A stretch of DNA of 61,166 nucleotides from a virus (lineage: Duplodnaviria; Caudoviricetes): positions 1-61,166 of IMG/VR virus record IMGVR_UViG_3300034161_000007, one strand, 5' to 3'. The position numbers and the translations under genes are program-made. How positions within the stretch are numbered: the stretch's first letter is position 1; each line of letters opens with the position of its first letter. Under the pieces are notes generated by a model that was not told the origin of the DNA, searched no databases, and was given only the letters and a program-made list of their open reading frames with translations. This document shows positions 9,101 through 15,590 of this stretch, piece by piece.

Positions 9101-11220
9101 TCCTGGGTGAACTCATAGGCGTTGCCGTCATCAGCGAGCACGCGCGCGGTCCACTGGCCTTGGCCGTGATCCTCGTAATGTTCCAGGGTGCCGGCCATTT
9201 CGCCGTCGGAACTGCGCACAGTGACTGGTTCGCCGGCCGGCTCAGCGGCTGGAGCAGGAGCGGGCTCAGGCGCGACGTATTGCTGCGCGGCGCGGGTCAG
9301 CGGACCTGTGGGAGCGGGCGGTGCGGCGGCGGGCGCCGGTGCGGGCTCAGGCGCCACGGTTTCAGCGGCGGGAGCCGGCGCTTGCTGGGGCTCGCCTGTG
9401 GGAGCGGGCTCTGCTTGTGGCTGTGCTTGTGCGGCGGCAGCGGCGTCAGCTTCACGGTTGCGAGTAGGGATCGCATCGGCGGCCTTCTGCAAGCCATGCA
9501 CGCCAGCCTTGAGCGCCATACCCGCGCCCGCACCGGTAATCATCGCGTCGGCCAGGTTCTGCCGGGCCTGCGCCCACGTCATGTTCGGATCAATCGAACC
9601 TTTGTCCAGGCCGTCCTGGATGATCTGCGTTACGCCTTCCTGTACAGACTCGGCGGCGCCAGCCTTGAGCAGGCCTTTGAAGAAGTTTTGCCCTGGCTGG
9701 AGAATGACATGGATCGGCAAGCCTTCAGGGATCGCCTCGGCCATACCCTGCGCCAGCGCATAGCTGCCCGCATCCTGCGCGTTCAGACCGCCCGCGCGAC
9801 CTTTGTTGTAGCTTTGACCGGTCACCTGGCCGCCAATCAACGACATGCCTACGGCCGGGTTGCGCGTGATTGCCGATGCCGCCAGCGCCGGGATCATTTC
9901 CGCCGTCGAACTGATGATCATGCTGCCGTACTTGGCCAGCGGACCATCAGGACGCACCTCGATGGTGTCGAGCTTGGCGTCCTTCGCGGTCTTCTTCGCC
10001 CACTCGGTCACAGCACGCGGCTGCATGCCAATCAGTGCGCCGGCTTCGTCCAGCGACATCAGCGTGGTGGCATTCTTGCGGATGTAGTTAGCAATGTTCG
10101 CCTCGTCAGCCGGCTTGCCATTGCGCAGGGTCGGGGTCATCTGGCCATGGTCGTTCTGCACCATGATGATGTCGCCGTTGTCCTGCATGCGCTGGATGAT
10201 GCCGGAGCTGCCCGCGTTACCGACCAGGGTGGCGTTGTCGATGCTTTCACCACCCATGCGCACCAGACCGGCCACGGCGTCTTTCATGTGCGGGCCGAAG
10301 TTCTGCAACTGCTTGCTGGTGGCTTGGGTAAAGGTGTCTTCCGGACGCGTGTCGACCGGCGCCATGCCTTTCTGCACCAGGTCTTGGTTGGTCGGGGTCA
10401 GTGGCGACGGCGCCGGAGTGCTGTTGACCTTGTCCTCGACGCGCTGCTGGTTGTTCAGGGTCAGCGGCGACGGGGCTTGGTAAGCGCCTGTTTCCTGCTG
10501 CGCACGATCAAACGCACCCTTGCCACTGGCGATGTCGGCGCGCTCTTGGTCGCGCTGGGCGATGTCGGCCGGGTCGATCACCTTGTAGCGGCCGGGTTCC
10601 TTGGCGTCCATTTCCGCTTGGATCGCGGCTAGGTCATTGCCCGGGGCAGCCGGCGCGGCGGCCTTCTTGCCAGCCATCAGCTGGTCACCAATGATACTGG
10701 CCTTGGCCAATACCTCTTGGCCGTAGGCGTTGGTCTTCTCGCCCCACTGCTGGCGGTTGTCACCACCAAAGTGAGCCTTTACCGCGTCTTCCATGCTGTA
10801 ACCCTTGTCCAGGCGCTCGCGCAGCTGCTTGGCCGCGCCGGCAATCGCCTGCTCAGGGTTGAACGGATCGATACCCAAAGCCTTGGCGTTGGCGTCGAGG
10901 TTTTGCAGCATACCCTTGGCCTGGCCCCACTTGGTCTGCTCGCCCACGGCATTGGCGTTATAGCCCGATTCTTGCTGTGCCAACGCTGACACCACGTTCA
11001 GCGGCACGCCGTACTCGGCGGAATACTTCTCAAACAGGGGTTGAAGGTCAGGCGGTGGCAGTAGGCCTTTGCTCATGACAGTGGCGGCACTGGACGTCAG
11101 CGGGCCGGCGCTGGTACTGCGCGGCGGCAGGGTCTGAATATCGGGCGCCGGAGGCACAACGGGCGCGGTGGCAGTAGAGCCAGTCGCGGAGGGCGACTTG
11201 AGGAAAAGGTTTTCTGCCAC
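1..11220 (-). CDS. Giant DarB-like polyvalent internal virion protein, 5' part (continues across the junction to 59147; ~4,370 aa total)
   Basis: GTG at 11220 with GAGGA RBS; frame read open to base 1 and in frame with ORF 59147..61135. Motifs: SLT (AQQESGYNANA ~10970), ddrB/ParB-like (YPKELQPRDR, VESGNGRT ~5990-6160), SF2 helicase (NGTGTGKT ~4430, DEAH ~4165, QSDAGREGVSLHD ~3030), N6-MTase (DYFATP, EPSAGHG, NPPY ~2330), HEMFH (~1530), GNAT-like (GTGTQVM...RLNQFYKRFGF ~850-1000). Confidence 0.9.
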   Translation of the reverse strand, partial: MAENLFLKSPSATGSTATAPVVPPAPDIQTLPPRSTSAGPLTSSAATVMSKGLLPPPDLQPLFEKYSAEYGVPLNVVSALAQQESGYNANAVGEQTKWGQAKGMLQNLDANAKALGIDPFNPEQAIAGAAKQLRERLDKGYSMEDAVKAHFGGDNRQQWGEKTNAYGQEVLAKASIIGDQLMAGKKAAAPAAPGNDLAAIQAEMDAKEPGRYKVIDPADIAQRDQERADIASGKGAFDRAQQETGAYQAPSPLTLNNQQRVEDKVNSTPAPSPLTPTNQDLVQKGMAPVDTRPEDTFTQATSKQLQNFGPHMKDAVAGLVRMGGESIDNATLVGNAGSSGIIQRMQDNGDIIMVQNDHGQMTPTLRNGKPADEANIANYIRKNATTLMSLDEAGALIGMQPRAVTEWAKKTAKDAKLDTIEVRPDGPLAKYGSMIISSTAEMIPALAASAITRNPAVGMSLIGGQVTGQSYNKGRAGGLNAQDAGSYALAQGMAEAIPEGLPIHVILQPGQNFFKGLLKAGAAESVQEGVTQIIQDGLDKGSIDPNMTWAQARQNLADAMITGAGAGMALKAGVHGLQKAADAIPTRNREADAAAAAQAQPQAEPAPTGEPQQAPAPAAETVAPEPAPAPAAAPPAPTGPLTRAAQQYVAPEPAPAPAAEPAGEPVTVRSSDGEMAGTLEHYEDHGQGQWTARVLADDGNAYEFTQDDGVQLERANAPVTEPAPAAQPAQATPSVPTTGKVGKIPTLTDVVKPGVDIPTLTEEVPTLTDVVEPEAPAAKEEPAAAGETRKHELLSDRLNREAEQGINDLDEPQLRAALKDIAQQIKDYPLEKNSKDSRNGFSVLMKRRTAIGKAIDAKKGKAVADQLRNTEEAKDRAAAKEERTQKDEALEARMAGMREQGMDEPAIHRALQDELRNVQIVDGAKEAKPKNEPTNSLSRTASWVIRDKASGEVIMETFDQKKVDALNTEKYEAVPIQQHLAEVNASIKAGDETGKIKPTKEKTDKPDVRAERRKLPSAVEGELHTALNTLSQAEQRLKAAFKARGKDDPAVKALVEELRPGIAKARDTLSKVQQVATDSGADYSKMLAETEGVPDLSKYGVDDPALEHDGIDRADVNAARQAAVDYVKWRRSEGAKNINAVFAGMREGRTFTDSPPFAKAGELSVDRMHTFKIADLWKASGAATETVKPASEVPKTATPAAEPASKAAEPASKPLSPQQKAKARAEAKRQAARERMGGIKEGEQFVASGDVGYISGGQTYTVESIDSQGNVHVKRIDSNSGTSLSYADLAVAERKGVTYQKVEKDVRQGKVGDKMGSGEVVKTASGRNTTPFPNVKTDTPRKTTATLKAVDQWLMDNAIAEAEARGDGFARRQFEAGRDKPQTADKDGAEEYLFGDAPIAPPQRPFTKPLTAEQPAKLEAPTPAAETAKELAKAAEYGASNKLVSQDRAAELRAKLKAKLNGSQLNSGIDPEILAMGTELAVFHIEAGVRQFAAFAKTMAEDLGQPLEKVRPYLRSWFNGARDMMEDAGHSVDGMDNADTVRAELAKLDNPAAEPATKAKIATVQTEPTAHATWLAKVKANGAVPIQHDGEQWLYYPESPGTVRDDGQQFTHMFHPTEGKEAKNGWSPRQASDYVDRGGKATTEKSSVVGKLETVSTPAGTEFQVRHKVVEENTLITSNFVDGPVNPAYPKELQPRDRSRSASLDQINGMAKNLNPRLLGDSASATDGAPIVSPEGVVESGNGRTLAIRQAYALDNQSAVKYRDWLESQGYDVAGMASPILVRERVTPMTTEQLQAYTTEANERTTLALSSTERAVADAKKVGDLLHLFNGGDVAGAANREFVRAFIGDVASKSDRGSLMDSDGMLSQEGRRRIEAALLSAAYDEPSLINDLFESTDSDIKSIGSALLDAAGPWAQMRQESRDGQISKAVDVTPNLIEAVNLVRQARAQGKSVYELVNQNDIFSGELDQATKDWVGVFYRGASLARARSRATVADALLTYTQLARATQPGTNLFGDPEVTGADLLRGTHDKLDRQEAQASQQQGLFGDAQPDDAGTGARGTDGQRPAPGARSETPQQGSAVNAASPGERVESNRTDATPAKPVDAAALSDEPAAAGRRTGEPGASDVEGRADGQRDQRLPTDGAATGRESGDQRVHQPDGAFRPTLGDAGGAESARSGGDSDAGKPVEHQRAEHIVETAPATDADEFGQRLAAQKKAAGTPTVRGDQANIDQALPLLLEPQRGDVLKAEQRYAVGNGMLLTNGTGTGKTASGMGVVVRSINAGKPNAIVIVPSDKIASDWVKFAKMLGVNLKQLTGTTDNGKDGQVITTYANFGANDSLALRDWDQVVADEAHYLSSNEKGEGTGALTKLQGLTGHPDGFYQWVRERNHKEWQALQQAQAAMPEQEQLANYSAKDLDALTEARDDAAEAWAAIEEPAKKAWQARWAKQQDLPKTLFLSATPFAYVKSVDYAEGYLFDYVDPAERFSNKAEMAGSAYNSGDAREKFFMQHFGYRMRYNKLTAPEAGVDSELMEQGFNQHLKDVGALSGRRLEVPYDYDRKFVMVDDAVGQKIDQGLAFLREHEDGKYREVYNAVMSTFDYQKRMYLLESIKAKAVVPLIKAHLKLGRKVVVFHDYNKGGGFDPFNAGLASITEADTRALAREAFAARPDIFKKMDLNGLYSPIETLAAAFPDALFFNGTVPKAKRRSNADTFNDDTSGKDLIVLQSDAGREGVSLHDTTGQHMRVLINLGMPGKPVAAIQIEGRTYRTGQASDAAFRYLTTGTAWEASAFASKIAERASTAENLALGTEARGLKQSFIDAYNGAEDLAPSAEDGKGGKELDRELGAASALSPFAKAKAYYFAQQKNTKRRDQREGTDYFATPEPVGFKMAEWANIQKGDDVLEPSAGHGAIARFFPPQANVTMVEPSYDLSQRAALANGNARIINDTFESLHLTNKYDAVVMNPPYGNGGKTAVEHVAKAAKHLREGGRIVALIPRGGLTDKRLAAFLESDEAKSLHRVATFDMPASTFERAGTAVNTQVIVLEKHSNPDDALNIHARTINLSNAQSTGELFDRIEHLDLPDRSPSSKPEPKPVMIEHVTGKGKTITGIVRTDLTKDEAKEIDPYTFPKNGGFFIRSKYLGDGNRLSVAAPVGEPASHQEVRDAITQGPFGPVVKKLIDAGHIVVHGNVQSLPDGVTPVRGMQAVTTPDGTVHLVAANLTPGNANGVLLHEMFHSGGEQLVGSQRWAQLMKRLDGLHRQAEQSTGKAREVFDRARERVQQAQDQGAVADGMTAEEFGAYAIEEHAQLPAAFRKWVDDLVGAIKHWLFSRYGKQLGQVTPAQLRAMAKDALVSMALAKRGELFGPAGTMFSAPAEMTAEDLSTQLKAEFPGLKLDLLGKGDQINLSRIVVPERSAGTGTQVMGRIAEWADANGKTIVLTPSGDFGGSKARLNQFYKRFGFVENKGGNKNFEISESMYREPKASDGPIRYSVKLSDHFDDIKNNADATSFSDKIGPQKLPQRLADRWRQLTDNLGLRIRQAAVDRYAPLMRNDQALYGADTLEGSIASSSWVLARMSQAAGGAVDALLHHGRIYLDPVEKVIDLHDNSKGLGDTLNKLGSVAEMTRFMGWIAANRSKRLLGEGRENLFTPAEIEAGIKFSGGKLADGKSRSLLYQQVWKEFQQHRDDVLGIAEQSGIITPEQRATWSDEFYVPFYRVIDSENLGGPSSGGGGLSRQQAYKKLK
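4587..4976 (-). CDS. Putative overprinted 129-aa gene in the +1 frame of the giant gene
   Basis: ATG preceded by AAGGGAG RBS; protein-like helical composition (MQQVPASVWNQIAQTQ...), while the giant-gene frame here is R/G/D-rich low-complexity linker. Confidence 0.6.
   Translation of the reverse strand: MQQVPASVWNQIAQTQPLQNPSMQLLFPMSQPQLDDALASQAQAMSKAGQTDSVINAYQLMAPLLAENQAISAYINQTGHSDLRSAMPEVLNPPEAVAIATQENPLSTSEQSTLLKLLLPLMPTSSVNV
4977..5135 (-). CDS. Putative overprinted 52-aa gene (MTNSTAKKPKPASNK...RRNKGAQ) directly upstream of 4587..4976
   Basis: GAGG 5 nt before ATG; its TAA stop abuts the next ATG (TAAATG); same +1 frame. Confidence 0.5.
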   Translation of the reverse strand: MTNSTAKKPKPASNKASSETHNLMTQVLARVAQTDSDQHLAREVKRRNKGAQ

Positions 11221-11238
11221 GGGTGAAGTCCTCGGCGC

Positions 11239-11280
11239 GGTTGGATAATCGAAACGTATAGTTCGATTCTAGCGCCAACC
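11239..11280 (-). promoter_or_regulatory. Candidate late-promoter motif and inverted repeat upstream of the giant gene
   Basis: Minus-strand TTCGATTATCCAACC resembles TTCGATAATCAAACC upstream of the capsid gene and terS; lies in an AATCGAA...TTCGATT inverted repeat. Confidence 0.45.
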
Positions 11281-11300
11281 GGCGACCGAGGGTAGCGGGC

Positions 11301-12587
11301 TTACTGGTAAGGGACCATTTGCCCGGTTTTGGTATCGAAGATCATCGGTGTTTTGCTGGCCGGTGCCGCCGAGGGTTGTGCGCCAGGTAGACCGCCCGAC
11401 ATTGGATTGCCTGGCGCAGCGGGCGCAGCACTCGGGCCGCCGTTGATCAGCTGCATGTCCTGCTCGATCTGCGCGGCCTGTTGCTGCGGGGTCTTGCGGG
11501 TAAAGTTGAAGTCGCTCAGGCGCGCCTGAAACAGCATGCGCCGGGTTTCCTGTGGGTCGGCGGGCTTCTTGTACTGGCCGATGCCGAGGATTTGCGGCAA
11601 CGCATCTTTGATGAACTTCTCGTCGTAGCCGGCTTTCTTCAGCACTTCCACCTTGTTGTTGAGCGCGGCCCCGGCGTTTTGCACGTCGAGCTGCTTGCCG
11701 GTGGCCTGCAAATTTAGCTGGTTGCCGGCCTTCTGGTCTTCCAGCTTGCTGGCAACCTGCCCCTGTACGACGGCCTTGTTGTTGTCGCGGAGCATGTCGT
11801 TGTTGGTCTTCGTTACTTCCAATCCGGCCTTGGCCTTCGCCGCGTTCTGCGCATCCACTCGCGCCATGGTGGTCTTGAAGGCGTTGGCTGGCTCCAGCAA
11901 GCCGATACCCGCCTGCACCATATCGTCCTGGCCATGGATGGTCTGTACGAACTGCTCGCCGGTTTCCTTGTTTTTCATCTTCAGGGTCAGGCCGGTGGTG
12001 TTGCCGTCCTTGTCCTTCACCAGGTCGTAACCTTCGGCGTGCAGGCCATCGTCGTAATAACCCGGGGTGTTGTAAGCCTTGACCATATGGTCGGCGTAGC
12101 CCTTAAAGTCGCCAACCTGTGCCGAGCGCAGCGCCTGCGTCCAGCTCTTCATACCGGCCTGAGCCTGCTTGTCCTGCGCCCACTTGTCCCAGGCATCCGC
12201 GCCAGCCTGATTGCCTTGAGAAATGTAGGTTTCTTTAATCTTCGGCACCACGTCGCGCAGGTAGAAGTCTTCCGGCAAAGGCGCGTTCTTCTTGGCGGCC
12301 TTGGCTTGATCGTCGGCACTGGCATAGCTGTTGCCGCGCGTGTCGTCATAAGTCGGCATGGTCATGGTGTTGTCGGCATTAGCCTTGCTGCCCACTTGCG
12401 AGTTGGCGGCGATGTCATCGCTGCTTGCCTGCTTGGAGTCGGCCAAGCCTTTGGCCATGACATTTTTGACGTCCTGCTTATCGCCGAAGTCTTGGAGCTT
12501 CTGGTAGGCGCCGATCATCTGCGTGCCGAGGCCGATACCGTCACTGATCCCCCGAATCAAGCCGCCAGCGGCATAGGGATTACTCAT
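11301..12587 (-). CDS. Probable internal virion / DNA-ejection protein (428 aa)
   Basis: Position before the giant gene; N-terminal Gly-rich amphipathic segment (AAGGLIRGISDGIGLG); A/Q/K-rich helical body. Confidence 0.6.
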   Translation of the reverse strand: MSNPYAAGGLIRGISDGIGLGTQMIGAYQKLQDFGDKQDVKNVMAKGLADSKQASSDDIAANSQVGSKANADNTMTMPTYDDTRGNSYASADDQAKAAKKNAPLPEDFYLRDVVPKIKETYISQGNQAGADAWDKWAQDKQAQAGMKSWTQALRSAQVGDFKGYADHMVKAYNTPGYYDDGLHAEGYDLVKDKDGNTTGLTLKMKNKETGEQFVQTIHGQDDMVQAGIGLLEPANAFKTTMARVDAQNAAKAKAGLEVTKTNNDMLRDNNKAVVQGQVASKLEDQKAGNQLNLQATGKQLDVQNAGAALNNKVEVLKKAGYDEKFIKDALPQILGIGQYKKPADPQETRRMLFQARLSDFNFTRKTPQQQAAQIEQDMQLINGGPSAAPAAPGNPMSGGLPGAQPSAAPASKTPMIFDTKTGQMVPYQ

Positions 12588-13957
12588 TGGGACACCTCCA
12601 GATTGAATAGGGCGATGTGCGGCATTACCGCATCGCGGATCACGTCGAGTTTACCCTGATAGACCTGGTAGGCCTCGGGGTGTTTGTGCTTCAGCCAGGT
12701 GGCACGACCTTCTGACCAGTAGGCCGAGCAGGTCAGGCAATCCGGCGAGGCGGCCAGGTGCTCGTAATAACCTGGAACAAAGGCCTCACTGTTGCGCAGG
12801 TAGTCGAACACCTCAGCGTCCACCCAGTGCTCCAGAGGAAACAGCAGCTCGACACCATCCAGCAGAGCGCCGGAGCGCAGCGGCGACTTCATCGTGTCCG
12901 CGCTCTTCTGTCCGCGCACGATCAAGGTAATGCCGTCGTCCAGCATGCGCTGGTGCATCGGCGCCATCAGCGCGTGGTAGCAGCAGTTGAAACGGTCCTG
13001 CAAGGCCACACCGCCACCATAGGCTGTGCGCCCGAAGGCGGTGGCCGTGGTTGGCAGAAGGTCAGACGGCAAGCCGTGCGCGGCAATCTGTTCATTGACG
13101 CGCCCGCTAATCTCAACAAAGTTCGGCACCAGCGCGCGCACCTGGTCAACCACCGCCAGCACTTCCGGCACCGGGTCGCCGGTATTGGTCCAGTACACGG
13201 TCATATATGGCCAGAACGCCTTTAGCAGAAACAGCGCCGCTAATGAATCCTTGCCGCCACTGAATTGAAAGGCGATGCGGTCGTGGCGATCCATCGCCGA
13301 CGCCATCTGATCATCGAGCGTTTGCTTGTGGAACTGGGCGATGTAGGTCATGGCCTCGGGCAGCGCCTGCTCGAAATCATCGAACGCGCCGGCAAAATGC
13401 TGCATGTCTCCGCGCGTGAGAATGGTGCGTGCCTGGGCAAAACCGTGGCGCTCGATCACCTCGCCCCAGGCATCGGCTGGCATGAAGGTCGCGTACAGCT
13501 CGGGAAGTTCTCGGTACTCGGTAATCGCCAGGTCACAGACGAACAGCTGGCCGCCTGGCTTGAGCAGACGCCGCGCCTCGCTCAAGGCCTGATTGATCGG
13601 CATCTGGCACAGAGCGCTGTTGAACATCACCACGTCGGCGCTGGCATCCGGCAAGCCGCTGCGGGTGAAGTCGACGCGATGCAAGGCGAAGGCCTCGCCG
13701 TCGGGCGCATGCTTCAGCTGGTACTCGCTGACATTAACCAGGTCAAAGGTCAGGTCAGGGCGCTCGGCGTGCATCAGCCTGGCCACCTCGCCCACGCCAC
13801 AGCCGGCGTCGACGATGTGCGCGCCGGGTGCCGGGTTGATCAGCTTCAGCAGGTAGGCGACGTGCGCCGCCTGGCTGTCACCGATAAACGCGGTTTGCAT
13901 CACGCGCAAGCCTTTGGCTAAAGCTAAGTCGGTGGCGGTGTTAATGGCATCAATCAA
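12584..13957 (-). CDS. Fusion of class I SAM methyltransferase and PAPS-reductase-family (PP-loop) domain
   Basis: N-half VDAGCGVG, ADVVMF, LLKPGGQL; C-half FSGGKDS, WTNTGD, NCC, IVRGQK, PLEHW, DCLTC. Confidence 0.9.
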   Translation of the reverse strand: MIDAINTATDLALAKGLRVMQTAFIGDSQAAHVAYLLKLINPAPGAHIVDAGCGVGEVARLMHAERPDLTFDLVNVSEYQLKHAPDGEAFALHRVDFTRSGLPDASADVVMFNSALCQMPINQALSEARRLLKPGGQLFVCDLAITEYRELPELYATFMPADAWGEVIERHGFAQARTILTRGDMQHFAGAFDDFEQALPEAMTYIAQFHKQTLDDQMASAMDRHDRIAFQFSGGKDSLAALFLLKAFWPYMTVYWTNTGDPVPEVLAVVDQVRALVPNFVEISGRVNEQIAAHGLPSDLLPTTATAFGRTAYGGGVALQDRFNCCYHALMAPMHQRMLDDGITLIVRGQKSADTMKSPLRSGALLDGVELLFPLEHWVDAEVFDYLRNSEAFVPGYYEHLAASPDCLTCSAYWSEGRATWLKHKHPEAYQVYQGKLDVIRDAVMPHIALFNLEVSQ

Positions 13958-13971
13958 TTGGCGGACCTCAT

Positions 13972-14919
13972 TTAGAAAGCGACGGCGGCATAAGCCATGA
14001 TAGCGGCAGTGCCTACGCCAGCAACAGCCTGGGTATTGGCCGCGCCCGCTTGCTGGTCGCCCTGTTGCACGGCGATGTTCTGCTGGCGTTGACCGGTAAG
14101 GGTGCTGGCTTGGCCGCCATAGCCTTGCTGAGCCCCCTGCATGCCTTGGGCCATGATGTTGGTGTTGGCCCGCGAACTGGCATCTGCCGCTAGCGAGTTG
14201 TTCACGGCCGAGTTACCCGACTGCGTACCCAGGCTGACCTGTTGTGCGGCGGTTGCGGTGCTGCCTCGGCCGAAGTTGGCCACGCCTTCACGCAGAGCCA
14301 TGCCAGTGGCTTTGACCTGCTCGCGGGCGCCGTTCTGTGCACCGGCCGAAGCCAGGGCGGTCGACAGATCATTGGCGCGATCAACCCCCGCAAAGCGACC
14401 GCTCGTTGGGCTGATGCCCATGCTCGCCATTTGCCGGCTGTTCTGCTGCTGCGCCTGGCTGGCGTTATTCATCACGTCGGCTTTGGCGTTGGCAGCGGCG
14501 GCGGCTTGCGCTTCCGGCGAGTCATAGTTCAGGGCATCGCTGACCATCCGGTCTTCAATGGGCTTGAACAGCGTGTTGTAGCGGTCCCACTGGTCATCAC
14601 TGCGCGTACTGGCTTGGCGCATGTCAGACAGTTGCTGGCTGGTAACCTCGTTGTTCAGGTTGTCCGTAACGCCTTGGCGGACCTGGCTGTCTGCATAGGC
14701 TGTCTTCGAGAAGTCCAGCCAGTCGGCGCCGGTCTTGGCCTGCATCTTCGCCGCTTCGCCGACTTGCGGGTCAGCGTCCGAGCCACCACCACCGCCCTTG
14801 CCGAAACATACGGTGCGACCAATCGCGAGCACCGCCAAGTGCCGATCCAGCTTAGATGGCCGCTGGTGCAGGTTGCCCGGCTCCAGAGCGGCCGGGGTCC
14901 AAAAATCTCGCGTCATCAT
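13972..14919 (-). CDS. Internal virion / pilot-like protein with N-terminal leader, GKGGGGGS motif and hydrophobic C-terminus
   Basis: ATG at 14919 overlaps the GNAT stop, GGAG RBS; A/Q/G-rich; ends AVAGVGTAAIMAYAAVAF. Confidence 0.65.
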   Translation of the reverse strand: MMTRDFWTPAALEPGNLHQRPSKLDRHLAVLAIGRTVCFGKGGGGGSDADPQVGEAAKMQAKTGADWLDFSKTAYADSQVRQGVTDNLNNEVTSQQLSDMRQASTRSDDQWDRYNTLFKPIEDRMVSDALNYDSPEAQAAAAANAKADVMNNASQAQQQNSRQMASMGISPTSGRFAGVDRANDLSTALASAGAQNGAREQVKATGMALREGVANFGRGSTATAAQQVSLGTQSGNSAVNNSLAADASSRANTNIMAQGMQGAQQGYGGQASTLTGQRQQNIAVQQGDQQAGAANTQAVAGVGTAAIMAYAAVAF

Positions 14920-15344
14920 TGGCGATACTCCGGGGGAATAAAACGGCACTCTCGTCGGAGCATGCCGCGAATCTGAATGTCATCGTCAGGCATCGCTTCC
15001 GGGCAAAGCCCCTCAAGCTTGAAGCCCAGGTGTTCGTTAAAGCGGATCGCCTCGGTGTTCTTGGCCGGGATCAGCGCAGTGACACGGCGCATTTTCAAAT
15101 CCATGAACGGATAACCGAAGGCCATCTTCAGCACGTCGCGACTCAACCAATGGCCATCGCCACGGCTGGCAACATGCATGGAGCAGTCGACCTCGGAAAA
15201 GGTGTCCCACACCACCACCGCGCGCAGCTGGCCGGCGCTCATCACGCCGAAGGCCTTGGCGTCCTCTCGAAAGCAACGCAGGCCAATGCACTCGGCGGCC
15301 CAGCGCAGCAGTGCGGGTTGATCGTCATAAGCCAGCTCGGACAT
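14916..15344 (-). CDS. GNAT-family (RimJ/RimL-like) N-acyltransferase of the virion module
   Basis: MRRVTALIPAKNTEAIRFNEHLGFKLEG, a GNAT C-terminal motif. Confidence 0.85.
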   Translation of the reverse strand: MSELAYDDQPALLRWAAECIGLRCFREDAKAFGVMSAGQLRAVVVWDTFSEVDCSMHVASRGDGHWLSRDVLKMAFGYPFMDLKMRRVTALIPAKNTEAIRFNEHLGFKLEGLCPEAMPDDDIQIRGMLRRECRFIPPEYRQ

Positions 15345-15391
15345 GTCGTTGTTCCGGTTTTAGAACCATTGGCGCCAGTATAGAACCACTG

Positions 15392-15589
15392 CTAACGCAA
15401 GGCGATGCGCAGTGCGTTGATCGCGGCAAACAGCGCCGCAATGTCTTTGGTGTTGTCGCCGGACGGTGCGACGTTAAGGCTGTCCACCAGGGCTTTCACC
15501 TTACCTAGCCTGGCCGCCGCCTGGCCCGGATCACCCCGGTCACCATTCAGCACTTCCAGCTTTTGCTTGTCAGCAGCGGTCATTTCCAT
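15392..15589 (-). CDS. Small virion-associated protein (65 aa)
   Basis: Tightly packed ORF after the tail gene with GAGG RBS. Confidence 0.7.
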   Translation of the reverse strand: MEMTAADKQKLEVLNGDRGDPGQAAARLGKVKALVDSLNVAPSGDNTKDIAALFAAINALRIALR

Positions 15590-15590
15590 A

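Noticed and set aside
19-10632. Very long plus-strand ORFs (986, 530, 564, 594 aa, etc.)
   Set aside because: Antisense shadows of the GC-rich giant minus-strand gene; no motifs or RBS, while the minus frame carries all recognisable domains
12584-13957. Dnd/Ssp phosphorothioation system
   Set aside because: Only a PAPS-reductase-like domain is present; no cysteine desulfurase or DndD/DndE-like partner recognised
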